From a virus, in IMG/VR virus record IMGVR_UViG_3300045988_119718, positions 64,001 to 128,000 of that record: a stretch of 64,000 bases of DNA. One strand, written 5' to 3'. The position numbers were made by a program, and so were the translations under genes. Of the stretch, positions 21,521 to 31,532 are shown piece after piece. The notes under the pieces are model-generated. The model did not search any database, was not told the origin of the DNA, and saw only the letters and a program-made list of their open reading frames with translations. Numbering within the stretch: the first letter of the stretch is position 1; every line of letters begins with the position of its first letter.

Positions 21521-24500
21521 ATGGATTATGAAACCTTGATAAATCTAAAGTTCAAACGAACTGAAGGTAGTGTAGATTTAACCAAGTCTAAATGGTCTTC
21601 AGTAGTAATAAATGAAGCTAACTATAGAGAAGAAACGGTGGACTATAGTTCAGCTGGAAGATTTGATAACGGAGAAGCCGCATATTTAGACGGTGAATTT
21701 TCGGTTATTAATAAGATTACTGGCAAGAACCTAAGCCTAGATTTAAATGCGGACGAATTTACGTTTGCATTATGGGTAAACTGTGATTTTACTAAGATGA
21801 ATATGAAGCAGTATTTACTCTGCGGTAATAATCAAATTAAAAACTCTAATAACTCTATATACCTACAACCAGACAAATTTAAAACTAATATGTCTATAGT
21901 ATTAGTTTCATCTACTGGTACTAAAATAGAAATTCCATTTATTGAAAATAGTGGATTAATATTAACTGGTAGATGGGTATGGCTAAGATTAACTAAATCT
22001 AATGATAATAAAATTAATTTTTATATAAATAATGAATTAATAGGAACTTCTAGTGTTATAACTTCTTCTTTTAAATTAATATTTAATAATAATGAAACCT
22101 GCATAGGTAAAGGCTATGATGCTGATTATCTGTATTACCCACATTTTAAAGGATATATAGATGATTTTGTATTAGTAAAAGGATTATCATATAATAAAGC
22201 TAAAGTACCTAGTACATATTTCTTAAATGAAATAGATCCATCTTTATTAGAAGATGCAGCTAATGTATGGGATGAAAAAGAAAGAGAATTTTCACAGTAT
22301 GATTCTATTACTAATGCAATAGAATGGAAAAGGTTTAATACTAAAGAAGAAATAGATAAAAGAGAACAAGCTTTAATTCCATATATGCTTACTCCTATAT
22401 GGAAACAATGCGATATTAATCTTCCTACTTGGATTAAACCTGTATTAACCAATCCTTATAGAATCAATGATAAAGTAATTTATAATATAAACCAAATTTA
22501 TAATAATACTATAGACTTTAATACAGAATATCCTGATGCAGCTAATGGGTGGAAACTCATTCATAATACCTTAGATGATATTAAAGAATGGGAAAAACCT
22601 AATAAATACTATAATTATATGGATAAAGTGTTATATAATAAGAGAGTCTATCAATCTCAAGTAAATTATAATACAGAGTTACCAGCTGCATGGATGGTAT
22701 TAACGGCTCTTACTAATTCAGAAAAAGAAGAATTAGATGATGATATCTATAAATGGAATAAAGAAATAGAATATGCATTTAAAGATAGGGTAAAATATAA
22801 TAACAAATATTATATTTCTATTATGAATAATAATTTAGGGTATATACCAGGAGATACTACATATTGGAAAGAAGTAGGTGGTGGTACCAGTTTTATTACA
22901 GATTGGGTTAAGCCTACTACTTACAAAAATGGAGATATAGTTTCTTATAATGGTAAATATTATCATTCTAATATCGATTATAATATCTTAACTCCAGGTA
23001 ATCATCATGTAGAATGGACTGAAATAACTTATTGGGAACAACCAAAGTATAAAAATGTATATGTAGATGGTGATAAAGTATTCTATAAAGGAAAGACTTA
23101 TATTTGTAATTTAGCTAAAGATAGTTCAGGAAATTACAAATACCATGAATACTCTATAGTAGCACCAGATAAATATGTAAATAAAAAGTATTATAAAGCA
23201 TTATATCATATAATCCCAGAAGGTGGGAATTACTATGATCCAAGAGATGTAGAATCAATATTTTGGCAGGAAATACCTAAAACTCAAATAACAGATTACT
23301 CATTATATAAGGAATGGGTTAGAGGTAATGTATATAATACTGGTGATTTAGTAGTAGCTACTGATTATGACTGGAAACAAACTTTTATATCTGAAGGGTT
23401 CTTCCAGAATAAGCAGTTTACTATAGATCGAGATGATACCACTATTAAGATTAAACTCTATGATGCTTGGGATAATCATTATTTGAGTAATGATAAAGAT
23501 AGAATCTATTTTAAGAAAAACTATCTAGAAGCATTTAATCTAATTGAAGTTGATGGATATATCTTAATGATAAATAATAAATTTATTAAATGGACTGATA
23601 TAGATATAATTAGATCAGATAGATTTGTAACTTTATCTATTAAAAAACCATCTTCATTTGTAGTTAAAGATGTGGTATTAATTAGATTACCATGTAAAGT
23701 TATTTATTCTGAAACTGGATATATGCCAGACAATGGTATTAAACTGTTTGGTTTTGATACTAATGGCAATTTTGGTAGTGATATAAATATCTATGCTGTA
23801 AATAATAGACTTAGAGAATTAGTTTATACTGATACTAAGTTTGATAATATATTTATAGATACAAACTTAGATCATAAAATTACTAGGTCTAATCTATTCG
23901 TATTTGATGAAGATGGTAAATTCATAACTAGAGATAATTATACTATCTCTTCTGCTAATATATTTACCTATATACCTATTGATACTGATAAAAAGTATAC
24001 TTTATATTGTATATGGGATGATACAGAGAACTCTAATGAAGATAATTTAGCTTTAATACCTAATGATATTAGAGTTAGACAATATCTTAGAAATTATAAT
24101 ACCAATACAAATATGGATAATGATTATCCTGTAGATTTGCAGCAATTAAATAAAGAGTTTGATTATAGTGTAGTACGGCATACTAGTGATAAACGTTATG
24201 ATGATAATATCTCTAATTCTATGAATGGTATATTTAATTATAATAAGAATAAGTTTGATTCTGTATATGAAGAAGTAAGACCAGTAAACATAGAGGAATA
24301 TTCTGAGGCTTATATGAACTCTTTAAAGAGAAATATAAGGATAACCATAGATGAAACTAATTTGCCTCAATTACTTCATTCTTATATAGTAGAAGGTACT
24401 GACTTAATAGAACTTTGTGATGAGAATAAAAATAAATATATTGGTAAAACAGTAATAATGAAATTAAGACAATATCTTTCGGTTACTCTTACTAAAAGTA

Positions 24501-26119
24501 ATATAGATTCTTATGTAGGTAAAGTAGCTATAGATGGTTCTGATAATATCATTATTACAGAAGATAATAAGAATAATCTTATTGGTAAAACAGTTAAGTT
24601 TAATACTAGTGGTTTATTTATTGATAATACTGTAAATAATTTTGATAGTATTATAATGAGTAGAGATATTTATAATAAGTATGATTATAAAAACAATACT
24701 TATGTAATGCTATTTAAACGTGGTATGCTGCCAGAATGGTATAATAAAATTCAATATACCAATGATAAATTCTATTTCACTGATATACCTAGAGCTGATT
24801 ATAGGACTATTTATATGGAAGAGTATGAAAAGCAATATATCCAAGTAATGGGTAAAGAAGGGGAATTTTACAATGGTAAAACTACTAGATCGTTTAAAGT
24901 AGAAGATGGGACTGATTTTGAAACTGGTTATGAAATATCAGTAATTGCAGATTATGGCTATACAGCTGGTAAGGTTAAAGAATCCCCTGGTATTGTAACT
25001 AGTGATTCTTGGATTAGAGCTTATGAACCAGAAATAAACTTCTATACTGTAACTGTAGTTACCTCTCCTCATCAACATATTAAAGCCACTATTATCAGCA
25101 ATAAAGAAGGATATGATTTATCTACTTTGGAAAAATTATCATATACTGATACTACATTTAGAGTTCCTTACAATACTACAGTTAATTTTGAATTAACTGC
25201 TGATAAAGGATATACAGCTGGAGAATTAAATTATAACTCTATTGTTGTAACTAAAGATACTACTATTAAAGCTGCAAGAGAAGCAGACACTAATGATTAT
25301 ACTATTAGAACAGCTAATTTGTATAAAGATATTATCGATATAAGTATAGAATATAAAGATAAAGAATATAAAGATGTTACTGTTAATGCTAAATATGCTG
25401 ATACATTTAAGGTCATTATAAAAACTCTTAACGATAGATATGTATACAATGGAATAGAATATAATGAAGATACTATGCACAAAAATGATGATGGTTCATA
25501 TACTTTATTAGAAGATACTGTGATATCTGTAAAACAACCATTAGAAAACGCTCATAGATTCTATATCTACGATAACTCTGATATGGATATAACCGCTAAA
25601 AATTATGGCATTGATAATAAACTGATATCTTCTTGCAGTATAAATGAAGATATGAAAATTATTAATAGAGATATAATTAAAGTCAATGTTAAGCCAAATA
25701 GTAATTATAATGCGGCTATTCCATTATTAATAGAAGGTACTCCTAAAGCATTAGTAAAGCCTGATAACGAAAATAACCAAGCTGAATTAAATTACACTAT
25801 TACTGCTGGAGAAACAGATATTAGTATTAGAGCATCTGATACTAAGATTAGATACTTTACTATTAATATTCCTAATAAAGATAATCAGACTATTACGATT
25901 AAATATGTAAACCCAGTTGATAGTGGTACTTATACTACTATTAAGTCCGTAAGTGTACCATATGGTACTATATATACAATTACAGTAACTCCGAATGAAG
26001 GATATAATGCTGGTACAGCTAATCCTTCTAGTGGTACAGTAACCAGTACTGTAAATATCAATGTAACAGATGCTACTAAGATTAGATATAAAGTTTACCT
26101 TAATGCTGGCAATGGTTAA
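21521..26119 (+). CDS. giant virion adhesin / fibre protein (1532 aa) with LamG/ConA-like, CBM5/12-like repeats and C-terminal Ig-like modules
   Basis: RBS AGGAG. LamG-like segment (aa ~40-225) ends ...GYIDDFVLVKGLS. Five tandem ~45-aa repeats W.KP..Y..GD.V.YNGK.Y......P....W (aa ~292-530). C-terminal repeated modules end in GYTAG / GYNAG. Confidence 0.7.
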   Translation: MDYETLINLKFKRTEGSVDLTKSKWSSVVINEANYREETVDYSSAGRFDNGEAAYLDGEFSVINKITGKNLSLDLNADEFTFALWVNCDFTKMNMKQYLLCGNNQIKNSNNSIYLQPDKFKTNMSIVLVSSTGTKIEIPFIENSGLILTGRWVWLRLTKSNDNKINFYINNELIGTSSVITSSFKLIFNNNETCIGKGYDADYLYYPHFKGYIDDFVLVKGLSYNKAKVPSTYFLNEIDPSLLEDAANVWDEKEREFSQYDSITNAIEWKRFNTKEEIDKREQALIPYMLTPIWKQCDINLPTWIKPVLTNPYRINDKVIYNINQIYNNTIDFNTEYPDAANGWKLIHNTLDDIKEWEKPNKYYNYMDKVLYNKRVYQSQVNYNTELPAAWMVLTALTNSEKEELDDDIYKWNKEIEYAFKDRVKYNNKYYISIMNNNLGYIPGDTTYWKEVGGGTSFITDWVKPTTYKNGDIVSYNGKYYHSNIDYNILTPGNHHVEWTEITYWEQPKYKNVYVDGDKVFYKGKTYICNLAKDSSGNYKYHEYSIVAPDKYVNKKYYKALYHIIPEGGNYYDPRDVESIFWQEIPKTQITDYSLYKEWVRGNVYNTGDLVVATDYDWKQTFISEGFFQNKQFTIDRDDTTIKIKLYDAWDNHYLSNDKDRIYFKKNYLEAFNLIEVDGYILMINNKFIKWTDIDIIRSDRFVTLSIKKPSSFVVKDVVLIRLPCKVIYSETGYMPDNGIKLFGFDTNGNFGSDINIYAVNNRLRELVYTDTKFDNIFIDTNLDHKITRSNLFVFDEDGKFITRDNYTISSANIFTYIPIDTDKKYTLYCIWDDTENSNEDNLALIPNDIRVRQYLRNYNTNTNMDNDYPVDLQQLNKEFDYSVVRHTSDKRYDDNISNSMNGIFNYNKNKFDSVYEEVRPVNIEEYSEAYMNSLKRNIRITIDETNLPQLLHSYIVEGTDLIELCDENKNKYIGKTVIMKLRQYLSVTLTKSNIDSYVGKVAIDGSDNIIITEDNKNNLIGKTVKFNTSGLFIDNTVNNFDSIIMSRDIYNKYDYKNNTYVMLFKRGMLPEWYNKIQYTNDKFYFTDIPRADYRTIYMEEYEKQYIQVMGKEGEFYNGKTTRSFKVEDGTDFETGYEISVIADYGYTAGKVKESPGIVTSDSWIRAYEPEINFYTVTVVTSPHQHIKATIISNKEGYDLSTLEKLSYTDTTFRVPYNTTVNFELTADKGYTAGELNYNSIVVTKDTTIKAAREADTNDYTIRTANLYKDIIDISIEYKDKEYKDVTVNAKYADTFKVIIKTLNDRYVYNGIEYNEDTMHKNDDGSYTLLEDTVISVKQPLENAHRFYIYDNSDMDITAKNYGIDNKLISSCSINEDMKIINRDIIKVNVKPNSNYNAAIPLLIEGTPKALVKPDNENNQAELNYTITAGETDISIRASDTKIRYFTINIPNKDNQTITIKYVNPVDSGTYTTIKSVSVPYGTIYTITVTPNEGYNAGTANPSSGTVTSTVNINVTDATKIRYKVYLNAGNG

Positions 26120-26128
26120 ACTATTGTA

Positions 26129-26773
26129 ATGAATCCGGCTTTGAATAGCGATGGGACTTATGATTGGGGAACTAAATGGTCTGCTACATTAGTTGCATGG
26201 AAAGGATTTAAAGCTGGTAGTATATTTAGTGCTACTAGTGGTACTTGCTATAGCGATATATCAGTAAATGCTACTGCTGCATCATTAACTACTGAGTTAT
26301 TATCAGTTAAATACCATACTCCAACTAACAAATATGGGTTTGCTGGAAGCGTTTATGGTCAACAACAGACCGAATATAACCAGATTGGGATACAAACTGG
26401 TATTAAATTACTGAATAATTACGCAAATGAGCCACAAAAATGGGTGGAAATACCAAATAATTTCCATCCTGGCACTTATAATATATCCTACTTACGGACA
26501 TATTATAATGCTATACGTATAACATGCCCATACCAATATTCATGCATTAACATTGATACAAAATGGGTTAATACATCTGATAATGGTAATGGTAATGTAC
26601 ATGGATTTAAAATTATAGATGAGCAGTGCTTAAAAGGATTTTCGATAGCAGGTGGCGGCGGTGATAGAGGCCACTATGGTGAAGGGCAACTACATGTAAC
26701 ACTTACTGTTCCTGGAATTTCTGGTAGTATATCTTTTAAAGCTATTTGGGCTATAAAAAGAAAGGGTTTATAA
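26129..26773 (+). CDS. hypothetical structural protein (214 aa)
   Basis: ORF directly after the giant gene. Confidence 0.5.
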   Translation: MNPALNSDGTYDWGTKWSATLVAWKGFKAGSIFSATSGTCYSDISVNATAASLTTELLSVKYHTPTNKYGFAGSVYGQQQTEYNQIGIQTGIKLLNNYANEPQKWVEIPNNFHPGTYNISYLRTYYNAIRITCPYQYSCINIDTKWVNTSDNGNGNVHGFKIIDEQCLKGFSIAGGGGDRGHYGEGQLHVTLTVPGISGSISFKAIWAIKRKGL

Positions 26774-26776
26774 ATT

Positions 26777-27326
26777 ATGACAACAACTTTAAAAGGAACT
26801 ATACGGGGGGGGGGTAACCTTTAGTGCCTCTCCAGCTATAATTATACCAAAAATACACTACTACATAGCTAAAGGCTCTAGCCCATGGTATAGTAGTTAC
26901 TGGAAGGATAAGAAATTAGTTACTAATGTAGATGAATCTGTATCTGGGCAAGCTACGGTTACATGCAACACTATAACAGATACGTACTATATGTTCTTTA
27001 ACCTCTCTAATCTTACTACAATAGATTTATCTAATTTCGATACATCTAAAGTAACTGTTATGGCTGATATGTTTGCTCTTTGCTCTAATCTTACTACAAT
27101 AGATTTATCTGGCTTTGATACTTCTAAAGTAACTAATATGAGTTTTATGTTCTATAACTGTTCTAACCTTACTACTATTAAAGGCACTATAGATATGACA
27201 AATTGTGTAAGTTATCACAATATGTTCGATGGTTGTACCAAGCTTAAAGATGTTAATATTATGAATCCACCGGCAAACTTTAATGATGCTAAATTGTCTC
27301 CTTCTCAATATACCATAGCATCATAG
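26777..27326 (+). CDS. phase-variable leader + DUF285 (BspA-like) domain protein; the ATG at 26777 is out of frame with the G10 tract in this sequence (OFF state), the DUF285 part is ORF 26991-27326
   Basis: ATG at 26777 gives MTTTLKGTIR. The G10 tract is at 26805-26814. With G9 or G12 the frame continues GGVTFSASPAIII...GQATVTCN...MFFNLSNLTTIDLSNFDTSKVTVMADMF... into the DUF285 repeats FxxCxxLTTIDLSxFDTSKVTNM. Confidence 0.6.
26805..26814 (+). repeat. homopolymeric G10 tract (putative slipped-strand phase-variation switch)
   Basis: Ten consecutive G in a genome of about 30% GC, placed at codons 10-13 of the leader. Confidence 0.8.
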
Positions 27327-27368
27327 TATAAATTTAAAAAAATAAAGTAAACTATATGCACTGTATCT

Positions 27369-27402
27369 GTTCCAGGAATGATAAATTAGAATTCCTGGAA
27401 CA
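27369..27402 (+). terminator. perfect 11-bp inverted repeat GTTCCAGGAAT-N10-ATTCCTGGAAC (terminator or operator)
   Basis: Seen directly; lies between the DUF285 gene and the 1205-aa gene. Confidence 0.4.
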
Positions 27403-27447
27403 CATTTTAAACTATTATTTAACTAATAGAAAGGAGGAAAATATTAA

Positions 27448-30400
27448 ATGCCATATGATTATACAACTAATATTCCTGGATATGAAGTTTGTTATTTCAG
27501 AAATATTTGTAATGAAGTTATTCCTTACCCTAAAGATGGGTTAGATTATCTTCCTATAAAAAATAATAATTATTATATACCAGAAAATGATATAGTAATT
27601 TATACCACAGTAAAAGGAGAATATAATCTCTGCCCTATAAAGTATACTATAGATAGAATTAATAATAAGATTATAGTAGATCCTAAATACAAAAAATATA
27701 AATTATATTATGGATCTAGAAATCAGTTTTTGTATCAAAGAATTCCACTACAGTTCCCAGTTCAATCTATACCTTTACCGTATAAATTTAGAACTGGGTA
27801 TAATGAAAATAATTATTTTATATTTGTAAATGGTAGATTATTAAACTCAGCTTTCTATAAAGTATTGATTCCTAATTTAGAGGATAATAGAATAGAAAAT
27901 AAAGTTTTATATTTATCTAAGCCTATATCCTCTGATGATACATTAGATGTATTTTATATCGGTAATAATGCGTTTACAAGAATTAATGGTACTGGTGATT
28001 TAGTGGTTAAACCATTTAGAGTTAAAGCCACTGAACCAATACAAAGATTATTTAAGATACCTAAACCATATAAAGATTATCCAGTAAATGATTATAACTC
28101 ATTTATGATATTTAAACATGGTACTAGAATTAGTACAGATAAGTACAATATCATTTCTATATACAATAAAGAAACTGAATCAGTTGATTATTATATAGAT
28201 TTATTAGATATAGATGAGTATTTAATCTATGATGATGATTTAATATTTATATTTCCATACTATAAAGCAGAGTGGGAAACTACTAATGCTATATCTAAAA
28301 CTAATCCATTAAAGTTTATTACTCTATATAAGAAAACTACAACTAATACAAATACTGTAGTATTTGATTCTTCTTCTATAGGAAATTTTACTAATGATGA
28401 ATTTATTTATGTATTTGAAGAAACTAAACTTTTAAATACTGATGAATATTCTGTAGTAGGTAAGAATACTATTCGATTTAATAAAACTATACCAGCAAAT
28501 ACAGAATTAGCTGTAGTTATAGAATCCGATAAAGATGATATTACTAATGATTCTACTATATTAAACTATCTTAATATACCAGTAATGAATGATGGTCAAT
28601 GGTTTTTTAATGTTCCTACTAATAACTTCAATGAATATTTTTTATTTAGAAATGGCGAATTAGTTCCTAAGGATCATTATTCTATTTCTAATAAAAAACT
28701 TATATTCGGTAGAAACTATAACGATTTACGGGCAGGGGATACACTTACAGCTGTATACGCTAATGATGGTTCAGAAGATATAAATAGTATCAATCTTCAT
28801 GAGTACAATGTTACAGCTAAAGCGGATAATGAAATTATAGTTCCTAATGATGTAGGTATTAAATATACAAATGAAAATATTATAGTATTTATTGATAATA
28901 GATTTATAAGCAATACCTACTATAATATTATTGGTAATACTATAGAATTCAAAGATAATATAGTAGTAAAAGGTAGTGAAGCTAATATTTATTTAGCTTA
29001 TAAAACTATAGATAGCTCTAAAATAAATTATAACTTAAATAAATCCAGTGTAATTCAATTTATAGAGCAGAATAATACAGTAGAATCTGATAATCAATCT
29101 ACATTTAAAATTAATTATCCAGATAGTTTACCAAAATATGTAGTTGATTGTCCAGTATTAGTATTCATTAGAGGTATACTAGTAGCTGATGCTAATTATA
29201 CTATTACTAAAGATGATGAAAATACCGAAGCTGTATTAAAGCTTAATTCTAAATATTCTTCAGTATTAAAACAAGGAGATATTATCGATTTTGTATTCTG
29301 CTATTTACCATCTTCAGGCTCAATATCTAAAAAAGAATATGAAACTAAATTATCTTCTAAAACTATTCAATTACCATATGTATATGCTGAACCTATAGAC
29401 TTATCTGAAAGAGTATTAGTATTTATTAATGGTAGTTTTATAGAGAGTGATAATTATACTATAGATAAAACTAATCGTACTATTACTCTTAACGATAATA
29501 TAACCATAAATAAAACTAGTGATATAAACTTTGTATTTTTATATACTGGTAGTAATACTTCTGGCTCTGTAGGATATGTACCCCAATCTGGGTATTTATT
29601 CTTCGATGAGCATACTATAGATAGAAACTTAAGTAATGAAATGATGATGGTATTTGTCAATGGGTTATTAGTTCCTAAATCAGAAATACATGATATTTCC
29701 AATTCTCTTAAAAAGATAACTAGAAATATTAAAACAAGATATGATTTAAATATTGTAACTTGTTCTCCATTAGTAACTGAATTTAAGAAACTATACGACC
29801 CAGAAAATAACTCATTAAAATATAGATTTGAAATCATTCAAACTCCAAATCAAATTATTAAAGTTTCTATAGATGATAAAGTATATTATAATTCCTTTGC
29901 TTATAAGAGCGGAGAGATTAGTAAATTTAAAGTAGAAGTTATTCCTAATAAAGGATATATAGCTGGTAAATATACACTGGATGGACAAACTAATTACAAC
30001 TTATCTTGGCTGGATGATAATCATACCATAACTGCTACACCAGCTACTAAAGGAACTATGAGCAAAGTTACTATTAAACAATCTTTAAATCAAATGATAA
30101 GTGTAACCTGTAATGGTAAAACGTATAATACTGATTTTGAAGATTTAGTTGGTAGTGACCTTATAGCAAATATAGTTTCTACTAGAGATGGATTTACTCC
30201 TGGGGTTATAAGTATGAGTAGCACTAAGATTACTAGTAGTGGGGTTACTGTATCTGCTGCTAATGCTACTATAGAGACATTTACTTTAAATATTTTAAAT
30301 AAGAACTTAGATAATCAGGATATATCAATTAGAATTACTAATCCTAATACTGGGGAAGTAATAGTTAATAACGTTAAAGCTCCATGCAATCTTACTAATA

Positions 30401-31065
30401 TTCCATTTGGTAGTAAATTCATAGTATATGCTAAAGCTAACAGTGGTTATAGAATAGGAAGTAGCATTGGGCCTTATAAGTTAAACCAAATGTATTACAT
30501 AGATTATAAATACCCATTAGATAACTTAGTAGTAGATCCTGTATCTAAGGTTACATTCCATACAGTAACTATGACACCAGCTAATAATGTAACTCTAGTT
30601 ATGTATAACTGGGATGAATATTCTGATAATGGTAAGACTAGATATGAATGTAGGGATGTAGTAGAAAAGGTAAAAGTAGCTGATGGTAGTATATATGAGT
30701 TTAAGGTAGAACCAGATTATGAATATAGTAGTGGTGCTATAATTTCTTCTACTGGAGAATTAGCTGGTGTAGTAAACACAGATATTTCTGTAACTACAGA
30801 AGATGCTGTAAAAGAATTACCTATTGTAATTATAGAAAGGGAAAATAATGTCTCTGAATTTTATAGCATTAAAGTAGAATTTTCTGATAACTATCATCCA
30901 GCTGGTGAAGGTATTTATAGAATATCTGAAGGTACTTCGTTTACAGCTAGATGTATATTACATGGCGTAGTAAATTATTCTATAAATGGTATAGTAGAAT
31001 CTGGAGTTAATAGAATTAAATTGCTTCAAGACGGTACTATTAATATTTCTAAAGAAGAGGTTTAA
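27448..31065 (+). CDS. giant repeat-containing virion/fibre protein (1205 aa) with C-terminal Ig-like GY-x-AG modules
   Basis: RBS GGAGGA. Multiple ~90-aa modules of the form [DN]xY[ST]I....I.F... C-terminal modules contain KGYIAGKY, SGYRIGSS and YEYSSGA. Confidence 0.65.
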   Translation: MPYDYTTNIPGYEVCYFRNICNEVIPYPKDGLDYLPIKNNNYYIPENDIVIYTTVKGEYNLCPIKYTIDRINNKIIVDPKYKKYKLYYGSRNQFLYQRIPLQFPVQSIPLPYKFRTGYNENNYFIFVNGRLLNSAFYKVLIPNLEDNRIENKVLYLSKPISSDDTLDVFYIGNNAFTRINGTGDLVVKPFRVKATEPIQRLFKIPKPYKDYPVNDYNSFMIFKHGTRISTDKYNIISIYNKETESVDYYIDLLDIDEYLIYDDDLIFIFPYYKAEWETTNAISKTNPLKFITLYKKTTTNTNTVVFDSSSIGNFTNDEFIYVFEETKLLNTDEYSVVGKNTIRFNKTIPANTELAVVIESDKDDITNDSTILNYLNIPVMNDGQWFFNVPTNNFNEYFLFRNGELVPKDHYSISNKKLIFGRNYNDLRAGDTLTAVYANDGSEDINSINLHEYNVTAKADNEIIVPNDVGIKYTNENIIVFIDNRFISNTYYNIIGNTIEFKDNIVVKGSEANIYLAYKTIDSSKINYNLNKSSVIQFIEQNNTVESDNQSTFKINYPDSLPKYVVDCPVLVFIRGILVADANYTITKDDENTEAVLKLNSKYSSVLKQGDIIDFVFCYLPSSGSISKKEYETKLSSKTIQLPYVYAEPIDLSERVLVFINGSFIESDNYTIDKTNRTITLNDNITINKTSDINFVFLYTGSNTSGSVGYVPQSGYLFFDEHTIDRNLSNEMMMVFVNGLLVPKSEIHDISNSLKKITRNIKTRYDLNIVTCSPLVTEFKKLYDPENNSLKYRFEIIQTPNQIIKVSIDDKVYYNSFAYKSGEISKFKVEVIPNKGYIAGKYTLDGQTNYNLSWLDDNHTITATPATKGTMSKVTIKQSLNQMISVTCNGKTYNTDFEDLVGSDLIANIVSTRDGFTPGVISMSSTKITSSGVTVSAANATIETFTLNILNKNLDNQDISIRITNPNTGEVIVNNVKAPCNLTNIPFGSKFIVYAKANSGYRIGSSIGPYKLNQMYYIDYKYPLDNLVVDPVSKVTFHTVTMTPANNVTLVMYNWDEYSDNGKTRYECRDVVEKVKVADGSIYEFKVEPDYEYSSGAIISSTGELAGVVNTDISVTTEDAVKELPIVIIERENNVSEFYSIKVEFSDNYHPAGEGIYRISEGTSFTARCILHGVVNYSINGIVESGVNRIKLLQDGTINISKEEV

Positions 31066-31071
31066 AATATT

Positions 31072-31458
31072 ATGAATACTAATATAAGAACCAAAGTCGT
31101 AAACGATACTAATGAATTGATATTTAAAAATAAAGATTTGTTAGTAGATAACTCTCCTGACTCAGATACTACTATTGCCGCGGATAATGTAACTGTAACC
31201 ATAGTTCAACCTAAAGATACTAAGTATAGCATTATAGTTTATATCATGGAATATAGACGAAGTGATGAAGGGGATATCTTTGAAGCTGATACTGATGAAG
31301 GGCATAAGGAAACATTTAAAGCTGCAAAAGGAAGTGTATATTTAGTAGTATTATTGGATAATACTACTAATAGTACTTCTACCGACTATTATCGTCTTAA
31401 TACATCTTCTAGAGGTAAACTTACTAGCGACATAACTATTAAATTTAAAGATGAATAG
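31072..31458 (+). CDS. hypothetical protein (128 aa)
   Basis: ORF followed by terminator hairpin 31463-31495. Confidence 0.5.
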   Translation: MNTNIRTKVVNDTNELIFKNKDLLVDNSPDSDTTIAADNVTVTIVQPKDTKYSIIVYIMEYRRSDEGDIFEADTDEGHKETFKAAKGSVYLVVLLDNTTNSTSTDYYRLNTSSRGKLTSDITIKFKDE

Positions 31459-31462
31459 TAAA

Positions 31463-31495
31463 TTATCCCATAGGGCATAAAACCCTATGGGATAA
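31463..31495 (+). terminator. stem-loop TTATCCCATAGGG-CATAAAA-CCCTATGGGATAA
   Basis: After ORF 31072-31458. Confidence 0.55.
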
Positions 31496-31532
31496 TACGT
31501 GTTTAACAATTATGTAACCGATTAAAGAGAGG

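Noticed and set aside
22135-25482. Short ORFs inside the 1532-aa gene (22135-22452 minus, 25226-25480 minus, 25297-25482 minus) and similar nested ORFs in other big genes (29454-29837, 32460-32696, 33505-33744, 34455-34763, 36949-37287)
   Set aside because: Antisense or alternate-frame artefacts within long, repeat-structured coding regions.
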